NCBI GenBank assembly: GCA_012838995.1
Contig: DUOD01000018.1
Coordinates: 1-22,205 of the forward strand
Direction: 5' to 3'
From: Clostridiales bacterium
GTDB lineage: Bacteria > Bacillota > Clostridia > DUOD01
DNA: 22,205 nt
Positions 1 to 7,960 of this stretch are shown one piece after another. The first letter of the stretch is position 1. The number at the start of each line of letters is the position of its first letter. The position numbers were made by a program, and so were the translations under genes. Under the pieces are notes generated by a model. The model did not search any database. It was not told the DNA's origin and saw nothing but the letters and a program-made list of their open reading frames with translations.

Positions 1-40
1 GAAGGAATCGAAGTATTAATTGACCTAAGGAAATAGATTA

Positions 41-80
41 TGTGATGTGGTTATAACCTTCAGGTTATAACCACATCACA
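41..80 (+). terminator. Perfect 18-bp stem / 4-nt loop hairpin, probably the terminator of a gene upstream of the window
   Basis: tgtgatgtggttataacc-ttca-ggttataaccacatcaca read directly. No clear U-tract follows, so its function as a terminator is inferred from its position before the first operon. Confidence 0.4.
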
Positions 81-175
81 ATAACTTAGCATATCAACGA
101 ATTCTCGCTAAAATTAGCTGTTAAATCACATCGCGAGTTCGCTGATAAATATAAAATTAGGAGGATGATATTCAC

Positions 176-1168
176 ATGAGCAAAATTAAGTACAGCGCCA
201 TTCTCGGTTCGCTAGGACAAACCTATGATCGTTTTATGAGATGCGGCTATAAAGATCCGGCCGTAGACAAGGTAGAATTCCCCGATATCGTAAAGAACTT
301 GGAAAAAATAGGAGTTTTACAAGGTGTGGACTTGTACCAGGCACCAACCGGTCCCCTTTCTGATCCGGATACAGTAAATGAAATATTGACCAAATCCGGC
401 TTTGTTTGTTCATCAGTTCTACCTTTAGTATTCGGTGAAAGAAGATGGGCAAAAGGATCCATTTCCGCAGCCGATCCTGAAACACGTAAGCAGGCTATGG
501 AACTTTTAAAACAGAACATCGATTTTAATGCTAAGTTAGTGGGCAATCCCAGTGTTAACCTCTGGCTGGGCCAGGACGGTTTCGACTATCCCTTGCAGAC
601 AGACTATGCAAAACAATGGGATTACCTCATTAAAGGCGTAAGGGAATTGGCAGACTACAATCCTAACGTTAAATTGACGCTGGAAGGAAAAATCCGCGAG
701 CCCAGAAATCGTTGTCTGGTAGACACTACATACACAGCACTGCTTATGTGCATGGAAATAGACAGACCCAACGTAGGTGTGGCTATAGATACCGGACACG
801 TGTTCCAGTCTCAACAAAACGTTGCACAGGATATAGAAGTTGCCGCACGATACGGAAAGTTATTTATGGTACATGCCAATGACAACTACAACATGTGGGA
901 CGACGACCTCATCGTAGGATCCTTGAGGATAACAGAATATATTGAAATGTTCTACTCCTTGAGAAAAGTCGGATATGACGGCTTCATTTCAGTAGATATC
1001 TTCCCCTATCGAGAAGATCAATACGAAGCAACCAAGCAGAGCGTACTTAACATGAAGAAATTCGACGAAGCAGTTGACTTGATAGGATTCGAAAAACTTG
1101 GGGAACTGATAGAAGAAGGCGATCCGTGCAAGATTACGGAAGCAATCCGCGAAGCAGTATACAAATAA
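176..1168 (+). CDS. Xylose-isomerase-fold (AP endonuclease 2 / XI-like TIM barrel) sugar isomerase/epimerase, substrate unknown
   Basis: 330-aa ORF with ATG about 10 nt after AGGAGG. The segments LEGKIREP, AIDTGH, HANDNY..WDDDLIVGS and VDIFP resemble the metal-binding strands of XI-fold sugar isomerases. Confidence 0.75.
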   Translation: MSKIKYSAILGSLGQTYDRFMRCGYKDPAVDKVEFPDIVKNLEKIGVLQGVDLYQAPTGPLSDPDTVNEILTKSGFVCSSVLPLVFGERRWAKGSISAADPETRKQAMELLKQNIDFNAKLVGNPSVNLWLGQDGFDYPLQTDYAKQWDYLIKGVRELADYNPNVKLTLEGKIREPRNRCLVDTTYTALLMCMEIDRPNVGVAIDTGHVFQSQQNVAQDIEVAARYGKLFMVHANDNYNMWDDDLIVGSLRITEYIEMFYSLRKVGYDGFISVDIFPYREDQYEATKQSVLNMKKFDEAVDLIGFEKLGELIEEGDPCKITEAIREAVYK

Positions 1169-1206
1169 ACGTTGACCGAAATATCCTTTAAAAAGGAGGA
1201 ATAGCT

Positions 1207-1566
1207 GTGATCAAGAGGAAAAACAGATATTGCTTTGTAATCGAACTCAACGAAGATCAAGTGGACGACTACGTAGAACTTCACAAAAATCCCTGGAGGG
1301 AAACCCTTGAAGGCTTAAAGGCAGCAGGGGCCGACGAACTGTTGATATACAGGTATAAAAACTTTTCCATTCTCTTCTATGAGTGCGATGATATAAACGA
1401 AGTGTATAGAAAATGGGGTGCAACCGAAACTTGTAAGAAGTGGAATGCAAGGCTTGCAAAGGCTTACAAAGTTACGCCCAGCATCGACGGCTCCGATGAT
1501 GTAGAAACCCTTGAAAAGATCTTCGACTTAAATCAACAATTAGCGGGCAAACTGGAACAATACTAA
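1207..1566 (+). CDS. rhaM: L-rhamnose mutarotase (RhaM/YiiL) family protein
   Basis: 119 aa with a GTG start 7 nt after AAGGAGG. The pattern HKNPWRE..L..AG...LIYR......LFYE......W.....CKKW matches my recollection of E. coli RhaM (HNPIWPE...AIYL...LF...E..W...C.RWW). Confidence 0.7.
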   Translation: MIKRKNRYCFVIELNEDQVDDYVELHKNPWRETLEGLKAAGADELLIYRYKNFSILFYECDDINEVYRKWGATETCKKWNARLAKAYKVTPSIDGSDDVETLEKIFDLNQQLAGKLEQY

Positions 1567-1680
1567 AGACGCTGCCAAAGGATTCCCTTTGCGCTTAAAG
1601 ACGGGCATAGCCCTATGCTCAAACCGGTTTTGAACATTGTAAATCTTTTAATAAAAAAATAAAAAAACGGAGGGAATGAA

Positions 1681-2826
1681 ATGAGTAGTAAGGTCTATGT
1701 AGAAGACACTTCCATTAAGGGAAGGGTAGAAGAGATTAACATTAAGGTTGAGAGGGTTAAAAAATTACTAGAAGAAGAAAACCTGGATGCCCTTTATCTC
1801 ACCAGAATTCCTAACTTCTTCTGGATCACTGCAGGCGCCGACCCGGTAGTTACCATCTGTACTGAAGATGCTGTTGCACACGCTTTGATCACAAAGGATG
1901 GTAAGAAATACGTTATAACAAACGCAATTGAAGATGACCGAATGGTAGAAGAACAGAAGCTTGAAGAGCTGGGCTTCGAAGTTCTAACACAAAACTGGTT
2001 CGAAAATAAAAATGCTGAATACATCAAGAAAATAGTGGGCAGCTTGAGCAAAGTTGGCTGTGACATGCACTTTGAAGACACCAAGATGATTGCCGACAAG
2101 ATAGCTCCATTGCGCTGGTCATTAACTTACAACGAAATTTGCCGATACCAGTATCTGGGAGACTATATGTCTGAAGCATTGGAAAAATGTCTGGCCACAG
2201 TAAAACCCGGCATGACCGAATTTGAGGTTACCGGTATAGTAGCAAGGGCATTATGGCCGCTGCAAATAGGACAGACGTTGTTCCTAGTTGCATCCGATGA
2301 GCGATTAACATATCGTCATCCTGTTCCCAGTACCAAGAAAATAGAAAAATGCTTTATGGTATCCTGCAACGGTAGGTACAAAGGCCTTATCACAACAGTA
2401 ACAAGAATGGTTTACTTCGGCAAACCTCCTGCAGAACTGCTTGAAAAATACGACAAGAACATTGATCTGGAAAACAAGATAATAGCTGCTACCAAGCCCG
2501 GAGTAGACGAAATTGTACCTTTCAATGTGTGCAAGAAAGGATACGAAGAAGCAGGTTATCCGGAAATGTTCTACAAGCATGCTCAGGGCGGTCCCATGTG
2601 CTACTACAACAGAGAATACTGCACATCCGAAGCAATTCACAATGTAACACAAGTGAACACCTGCTACTGCTACAACCCTGTACTGAACGGAACAAAGACA
2701 GAGGACGCATTTATCGCAACAGAAGACGGACCATTGTTTGTAACAAAGCCATTCAGCTTCCCCAAGATAGTGAAGACTGTAGATGGCATTACCATGGAAC
2801 GTCCTGGAATGCTGGTAATAGACTAA
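1681..2826 (+). CDS. M24 'pita-bread' fold protein (creatinase/prolidase-like) with a non-canonical active site
   Basis: 381 aa with a GGAGGG RBS. It has a creatinase/prolidase-type N-domain plus a C-terminal M24-like core. By-eye alignment to the prolidase motif D.G..Y..Y.SDiTRT gives SCNGRYKGLITTVTR, so both Asp ligands are replaced. Confidence 0.7.
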   Translation: MSSKVYVEDTSIKGRVEEINIKVERVKKLLEEENLDALYLTRIPNFFWITAGADPVVTICTEDAVAHALITKDGKKYVITNAIEDDRMVEEQKLEELGFEVLTQNWFENKNAEYIKKIVGSLSKVGCDMHFEDTKMIADKIAPLRWSLTYNEICRYQYLGDYMSEALEKCLATVKPGMTEFEVTGIVARALWPLQIGQTLFLVASDERLTYRHPVPSTKKIEKCFMVSCNGRYKGLITTVTRMVYFGKPPAELLEKYDKNIDLENKIIAATKPGVDEIVPFNVCKKGYEEAGYPEMFYKHAQGGPMCYYNREYCTSEAIHNVTQVNTCYCYNPVLNGTKTEDAFIATEDGPLFVTKPFSFPKIVKTVDGITMERPGMLVID

Positions 2827-2845
2827 TATCAAATAAGCTTGGTGT

Positions 2846-2875
2846 ATGTGGTGGGGGGAAGGCCTCCCACCACAT
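2846..2875 (+). terminator. GC-rich hairpin after the M24-like gene (terminator or attenuator candidate)
   Basis: atgtggtgggg-ggaaggcc-tcccaccacat gives a stem of about 10 bp. It is followed by ttataaata, a weak T-tract. Confidence 0.4.
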
Positions 2876-3017
2876 TATAAATAGTAGGACTTATCTACAT
2901 GCCTACTTTTCAAAGGCAGGCTAATATTATAAGCCCCGTGGAGGGAATGGGGATATACGCTTGCGACAAGATAATCACCACAAATTCTTAAATACTAATA
3001 ACGATGGGAGATTAGAT

Positions 3018-4178
3018 ATGGTGCAAAAGGATATAGAATATCCCAGGATACATCTTTCATTAGATAACTGTTTTGCTATAAAAAGATGGGTAAGACCAAG
3101 GGATTGGATGGAAGTTGTCAAAGAGATCGGAGGAATAACCAAAATACAGGCAAGTACTGACAATGAGATCGATCCCCTGTTTAATACGCCTGCATATCGA
3201 GATGAATGGGTTAGTGAAGTGCAAGAGTGCGAAAAATCACTGGGGCTTAAGGTAGTTAGCCTATATTCGGGCTATGCTACATACAGGACAACGGGGTTAG
3301 GCCATTGGGACGACAGTTGCCGGGAGGAAATAATAAATCGTTATTTTAATCCCGTAGTTGATGTAGCTAAAAAACTAGGTGCCCAAGTAGGGAACACGTT
3401 GGGTGCGTTTTCTGAGCCGGTGCTTGATGATCCGGAGCAATATTACAGTACCGAAGCCATACTACTTGAAAAGCTTGCAAAAATGACAAAGTATGCCCAT
3501 AACAACGGAGTGGTATTCAGTTATGAACAAATGTACACACCCAACCAAGGTTTCTGGACTATAGAAGGTTGTTTGGGCTACATGAAGAAAGTATATCAGA
3601 CCTCTAAGTGTCCCATGTACATAACCATAGACACTGCCCATCAAGTTGGACAAAGATTTTTCCTACCACCGAACGAACAAGAAATAAAAGAAATGATTTC
3701 TTCTAAAGATGCAGGCAAATTTAGATTGGGCAAAAAGATTGAAACAATGCTTTCGGAGGGAAGGGCTACTTTAACGGACATAAAAAAAGAATTGGAAGCT
3801 CGATCCTATATGTTCAGTCGGCCGGAAGACAGTGATGTATATGCTTGGTTCTCAAAACTAGGCTGTTATTCACCTCTTGTACACTTACAACAGACCGACG
3901 GTACATATTCAGGACATAAGCCCTTTACCGAAGAATACAATGCCACGGGCATAATAAAGCCCAAGGAAGTTTTGAAAGCCATAGCTCAATCATATGAAAC
4001 GGACGATCATCCGGATATGCCTCCAAAGGTAAAGGATATATATTTAAGCTTTGAGATATTCTTTGGAATTACCGACAGTCCTAAGAAAATTATAAAGGAT
4101 TTAAAGGAATCGGTGGCTTTCTGGAGAAAGGACATTCCGGAAGACGGCCTGCCCTTAAATGAGCTGCTGTCTTTATAA
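3018..4178 (+). CDS. Second xylose-isomerase-fold TIM-barrel protein (sugar or sugar-phosphate isomerase/epimerase), substrate unknown
   Basis: I prefer the ATG at 3018 (GGGAG RBS 7 nt upstream) over the TTG at 2961 in the ORF track. IHLSLDNCFAIKRW, ITIDTAHQ and VHLQQTDG resemble XI-fold barrel strands. At 386 aa it is longer than typical family members. Confidence 0.65.
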   Translation: MVQKDIEYPRIHLSLDNCFAIKRWVRPRDWMEVVKEIGGITKIQASTDNEIDPLFNTPAYRDEWVSEVQECEKSLGLKVVSLYSGYATYRTTGLGHWDDSCREEIINRYFNPVVDVAKKLGAQVGNTLGAFSEPVLDDPEQYYSTEAILLEKLAKMTKYAHNNGVVFSYEQMYTPNQGFWTIEGCLGYMKKVYQTSKCPMYITIDTAHQVGQRFFLPPNEQEIKEMISSKDAGKFRLGKKIETMLSEGRATLTDIKKELEARSYMFSRPEDSDVYAWFSKLGCYSPLVHLQQTDGTYSGHKPFTEEYNATGIIKPKEVLKAIAQSYETDDHPDMPPKVKDIYLSFEIFFGITDSPKKIIKDLKESVAFWRKDIPEDGLPLNELLSL

Positions 4179-4223
4179 GATAAAAAGACAACATTTGTTG
4201 TTGGACAAAAATAATTTAGCCGG

Positions 4224-4315
4224 AAAAAATAAAAATTTAAATAAAAGAAGGAATTTTAAAATTTGTGTAGAATATAAATAGACAAATGATATTATAGTTA
4301 GAACATATGTAAACA
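4224..4315 (+). promoter_or_regulatory. Repeated promoter-like module, copy A (orphan: no ORF of 60 aa or more follows on this strand for ~940 nt)
   Basis: An A-rich upstream tract is followed by GAAGGAATT (4247-4255), an 11-nt spacer and GTAGAATAT (4267-4275). The conserved inverted repeat ACAAATGAT-N11-AACATATGT lies at 4282-4310. The module is near-identical to copies at 10199-10267 and 10330-10400. Confidence 0.5.
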
Positions 4316-4886
4316 GAACAGTGCGCCACAAGTTAAGTTTTGGAGAATACCGGCGCGCTAAAAAGCCTATTACCAATGGTATATCGCTCTTTGAAAACTG
4401 AATATTTTGCATAAAGCCTTTAAGCTGAAAAAATTTGTGCTTCATCAAATTGTATGCGCCAAAATTAGCCGTAGTTGCCTTAGTATATGCCCTTTTAAGA
4501 ATTTTAGCAGAATATATACCGGATGAAGTGCTTAATATTTTAGATGCTAAAAAAGCTTATAAACATCATGCGGAAATTGATTTTGAATAGCTGTAAGTAG
4601 CATGCATACTGAATAGCAAAATCCACAGTAACTGTAAAGCATTTTAGGAGCACGTTTATATCACTTTTACAATAAAAACAGTTCAACCCCTTATTACATG
4701 ATAAGTTACAGAGTAACATTTAAACCAAATAAATATAACACAAGTACCTAAGTCGACCCTAAAGTATTAGCTATGCTCTATTTACAGCTCTTCTCATTAA
4801 TTAAAGTATTTTAAGTTAGCTGTAGACATAAAATGCAAAATAGTATACTTTATTAATGAAATTTTTAAAGAAGACGGTAGCAGAAA

Positions 4887-4915
4887 GAAGGATTTTTGAA
4901 ACTTATGTAGAATAA
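4887..4915 (+). promoter_or_regulatory. Repeated promoter-like module, copy D (candidate promoter of the ABC-transporter operon)
   Basis: GAAGGATTT (4887-4895), an 11-nt spacer, then GTAGAATAA (4907-4915). It lacks the downstream inverted repeat seen in copies A-C and lies ~340 nt upstream of the SBP start codon. Confidence 0.45.
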
Positions 4916-5116
4916 TAATTAATCGTCAAGCTAACTTTTGCTGAGTAAATATAGGATGGTCTTAAGGAGATTACGGCTGGTTGTGATAAGTGTCAGTAAA
5001 TGTTAAAATATCTATGACTCTGGCATCTCAGCCAAAAAGTGCAAAACCTATAAAGTCCTTCCTCGAAGAGTAATCTTAAATAATCTATACAATTATAGAA
5101 TTAACGACGGTATCAT

Positions 5117-5179
5117 GCAGGATAGCTTCACCGTTGGCGAGACGGCACGACGCTATACTTAGAAAGAAGTATATCCTGC
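5117..5179 (+). promoter_or_regulatory. Structured element in the 5' leader of the ABC operon (12-bp bulged stem enclosing a small hairpin)
   Basis: GCAGGATA-g-CTTC (5117-5129) pairs with GAAG-ta-TATCCTGC (5166-5179). The inner hairpin is ccgt-tggcgag-acgg. I recognise no known riboswitch core. Confidence 0.3.
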
Positions 5180-5256
5180 TGATATATAAGGTAAAGCCCC
5201 AAATTAAAAAGCAAACAGGGGGTTTTACACAAAAAAAAATAAGGAGGAAGTAGTTT

Positions 5257-6360
5257 ATGAACAAGAAAAAAATCTTTGCAGTGCTGATGTGTCTTGTCTT
5301 GGTAGCAGTTTTTGCGCTGACAGCATGTGGAACACCTGCTGAAGAGACACCATCCGAGACACCGGCTCAAGAAGAACCGGCTCAAGAAACTCCGGCTCAA
5401 GAAGAACCGGCAGAAGAGGCACCTACAGCTGAAAGCGACGAACAATTCGAAATAGTTATGATAGCTAAGACCGAAGGTCTGGCTTGGTTCGACGCTATGA
5501 AACGAGGTGTCGCAGAATTTAACGACGATTTTGCTGATGTAAATGCTTACCAGCATTCGCCGGAAGGAGCCGACGCTGCAAAGCAGGCCGCAATGATTGA
5601 AGACTACATTGCAAAGGGCGTTGACGCAATATGCTGCGTACCTAACGATCCCAAGGCTTTGATACCTGTTGTTCAGAAGGCTAAAGAAGCCGGCATAGTA
5701 GTCGTAATCCATGAAGGCGAAGACCTTGCAGGCATAGCTGACTGGGACGTTGAAGTATTTGACAACTATGAATTCGGTCGAGTTATGGGTCAGAAGTTGG
5801 GTGAAGCAATGGGCGGCAAAGGCAAATACGCTGCTAACGTTGGCGGTCTTACCATGCAGACCCATATGCAATGGTGGCAAGGCGGTACAGACTATATCAA
5901 GGAAAACTTCCCTGATATAGAACTGGTTAATGAACAGCCTTACGAAGACCAAGACGACGCTGCAATTGCCTACGACATCTGCAAAGAAATCCTCAGGGCT
6001 CATCCCGACCTGAACGGGTTCCTCGGATGTACTGTTGAATCAGGTTCATCCATGTGCCGTCTCTTGAAGGAAACTAACAACAAGAACGTTAAGGTTTCCT
6101 GCTTGGCAGTACCGTCCGCTCTTGGCGAATACATCAAAGAAGGCTGGTGCGCTAACGGCCAGGGTAACTCACCTATCGATGCCGGTTATGCAACTGTAAT
6201 GTGTGCATACAAGGTGCTCAAGGGTGAAACCATCGAAGAAGGCAGCACCGTTGACCTTGGCAAGCCAGGAATGGATAACTGCAACGTCAAAGATGGAGTT
6301 ATCAAAGGAGATGCAACAATTATATTCACTCCGGAAAATGTAGACCAATACGATTTCTAA
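5257..6360 (+). CDS. Sugar ABC transporter substrate-binding lipoprotein (type I periplasmic-binding fold, CUT2 / RhaS-LsrB-RbsB-like)
   Basis: AAGGAGG RBS. The signal peptide carries lipobox LTAC (Cys24) and is followed by a PAQEE-type low-complexity linker. The PBP core includes IVMIAKTEGLAWFDAMKRGV and GVDAICCVPNDP. Confidence 0.85.
   Translation: MNKKKIFAVLMCLVLVAVFALTACGTPAEETPSETPAQEEPAQETPAQEEPAEEAPTAESDEQFEIVMIAKTEGLAWFDAMKRGVAEFNDDFADVNAYQHSPEGADAAKQAAMIEDYIAKGVDAICCVPNDPKALIPVVQKAKEAGIVVVIHEGEDLAGIADWDVEVFDNYEFGRVMGQKLGEAMGGKGKYAANVGGLTMQTHMQWWQGGTDYIKENFPDIELVNEQPYEDQDDAAIAYDICKEILRAHPDLNGFLGCTVESGSSMCRLLKETNNKNVKVSCLAVPSALGEYIKEGWCANGQGNSPIDAGYATVMCAYKVLKGETIEEGSTVDLGKPGMDNCNVKDGVIKGDATIIFTPENVDQYDF
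5362..5421 (+). repeat. Four copies of a 15-nt imperfect tandem repeat encoding the (P-A-Q-E-E/T) lipoprotein tether
   Basis: ccggctcaagaagaa / ccggctcaagaaact / ccggctcaagaagaa / ccggcagaagaggca read directly. Confidence 0.8.
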
Positions 6361-6377
6361 AAATATGAAGAAGACAT

Positions 6378-6417
6378 CGGGGTTGAATAAATCTTTATTC
6401 AACCCCGAAGTATTTTT
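6378..6417 (+). terminator. Intercistronic stem-loop plus T-tract between the SBP and ATPase genes (partial terminator/attenuator)
   Basis: Perfect 13-bp stem cggggttgaataa-atct-ttattcaaccccg (6378-6407), followed by aagtattttt. This arrangement is common in ABC operons to raise SBP stoichiometry. Confidence 0.65.
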
Positions 6418-6440
6418 AAACTGGGGGCGATGTTGTCGAT

Positions 6441-7943
6441 ATGGGTTCTTTAATATTAGAGGCAAAAAATTTGTATAAATCTTTTGGTGCTGTGCAGGCT
6501 CTAAAAAACGTAAGTTTTGAGGTGGCGCCTGCCGAAATACATTGTCTAGTTGGTGAAAACGGCTCAGGAAAGTCTACATTTGTAAAGACCGTTGCCGGTG
6601 TACATCCACCGGATTCGGGTGAAATAATACTAAACGGCAACTCCTATCCTAAGGTTAACGTTAGAGAGGCCATAAAGGAAGGTATTCAGGTAATTTACCA
6701 GGACTTGTCACTGTTTCCTTCCATGACCGTGGCGGAGAATATTGCAACCAATAGGATGATAGCCGAAAACAGGCGTTTTATTAATTGGAAAGAAATAAGG
6801 GAGATTGCTGCGAAGCAGCTAGAAAGAATAGGCGTTTCTTTGGATTTGGACGAAGCCGTAGAAAATTTATCCGTTGCCAATAGGCAACTTGTAGCCATTT
6901 GTAGGGCACTAAGTCTGGATGCAAAGCTGATTTTCATGGACGAACCTACAACGGCATTAACCAAAACCGAAGTTGACAGGCTCTTGAATATAGTTTTGGA
7001 TCTAAAGAGCAAGGGCATTTCGGTTGTCTTTATAAGTCATAAACTTGATGAAGTTATGGAAGTAGCCGATTTGGTTTCCATCTTTAGAGACGGTGAAAAA
7101 GTTGGTGACTTCCCAAGCTCTGAAGTAAACGAAAAAATGCTGGTTTACCACATGACCGGACGAAAGGTCGAATATCCGAGATATAACAGAACCTATAAGG
7201 ATGACACACCGGTACTGGAAGTGAAAAATCTTACCAGCAACGGTAAATATGAGGATGTAAGCTTTACGGTAAGAAAAGGGGATATATTGGGATTGACCGG
7301 ACTTCTGGGAGCCGGAAGGACGGAACTGGCCTTAACCCTTTTTGGTCTGAATCCACAAGATTCAGGAAAGATTATATTGGAAGGAAAGGAACGAAAGTTC
7401 ACTACACCCTATCAAGCAATTAAATCCGGAATATCCCTGGTTCCGGAAAACAGACAAACTCAGGGCTGTTATATGAACAAGAGTATAACCGATAATGTTG
7501 CGGCCCCGATATTGGATAGGATGGCAAATGGTGGGGGCGTATTGAATGTCAATAAGATGAAGGAGCATGCAGAGGATACCGTAAAGACACTTAGGGTGGT
7601 TACAGCGGGTATATCCACTGAACTCCAGAATTTATCCGGTGGTAATCAACAGAAGGTAGTATTGGGCAAATGGATTGGAACCAATCCCAAAGTATTGATT
7701 CTTGACTCTCCTACGGTAGGTGTTGACGTAGGATCGAAGGAAGAAATTTACCAGCATATACAGAAATTCGCAGCACAGGGAACTGCGGTAATCCTGATTT
7801 CTGACGAAATACCGGAAATACTTGCTAACTGTAACAAACTAATCGTTATGAAAAAAGGAAAAGTCGTTGGTCGTTTAGAAAGTGACGATCTAAATGTTGC
7901 TGACGTTAGAGACAGAATTCACGCATTAATGGATTCAAATTAA
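6441..7943 (+). CDS. Sugar ABC transporter ATP-binding protein with tandem ABC domains (RbsA/RhaT-like, CUT2)
   Basis: 500 aa. Walker A is GENGSGKST, the second domain has GLLGAGRTE, the signature is LSGGNQQK, and Walker B sites are IFMDEPT and LILDSPT. Confidence 0.9.
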   Translation: MGSLILEAKNLYKSFGAVQALKNVSFEVAPAEIHCLVGENGSGKSTFVKTVAGVHPPDSGEIILNGNSYPKVNVREAIKEGIQVIYQDLSLFPSMTVAENIATNRMIAENRRFINWKEIREIAAKQLERIGVSLDLDEAVENLSVANRQLVAICRALSLDAKLIFMDEPTTALTKTEVDRLLNIVLDLKSKGISVVFISHKLDEVMEVADLVSIFRDGEKVGDFPSSEVNEKMLVYHMTGRKVEYPRYNRTYKDDTPVLEVKNLTSNGKYEDVSFTVRKGDILGLTGLLGAGRTELALTLFGLNPQDSGKIILEGKERKFTTPYQAIKSGISLVPENRQTQGCYMNKSITDNVAAPILDRMANGGGVLNVNKMKEHAEDTVKTLRVVTAGISTELQNLSGGNQQKVVLGKWIGTNPKVLILDSPTVGVDVGSKEEIYQHIQKFAAQGTAVILISDEIPEILANCNKLIVMKKGKVVGRLESDDLNVADVRDRIHALMDSN

Positions 7944-7960
7944 AAAGGGGAGACAGAAAA

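Noticed and set aside
2961-3017. N-terminal extensions implied by the ORF-track starts: TTG 2961, TTG 8976, GTG 12972, ATG 16364, ATG 16830 and GTG 17482.
   Set aside because: In each case an internal ATG has a better-placed Shine-Dalgarno sequence and gives an N-terminus matching family norms. The upstream starts cannot be excluded without experimental data.
4173-4448. A 91-aa minus-strand ORF in the AT-rich gap.
   Set aside because: The translation is Phe/Leu/Lys-rich low complexity, typical of AT-rich non-coding DNA. It overlaps the conserved promoter-like module and has no RBS.
4435-4590. A 51-codon open frame with a TTG start in the 1.08-kb gap.
   Set aside because: It has no ATG, no RBS and no recognisable family. 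I mention it only as a possible gene remnant and do not annotate it as a CDS.
4951-4962. A 12-nt exact match, atataggatggt, shared between 4951-4962 and 12783-12794, both followed by cttaa(a)g..aaggag.
   Set aside because: Several 12-nt matches are expected by chance in a 22-kb AT-biased window, and no extended similarity surrounds it.
5128-6003. A 291-aa minus-strand ORF antisense to the SBP gene. Other long antisense or alternate-frame ORFs include 13106-13819(-), 2305-2832(-), 17634-18143(-), 15939-16358(-), 15531-15923(-), 2529-2924(+) and 15912-16139(+).
   Set aside because: All lie fully inside strongly supported + strand genes with recognisable motifs. They have low-complexity or Cys/Ser/Phe-rich translations (for example FFLSRSFLSRFFLSR mirrors the PAQEE repeat) and no RBS, so I treat them as shadow ORFs.
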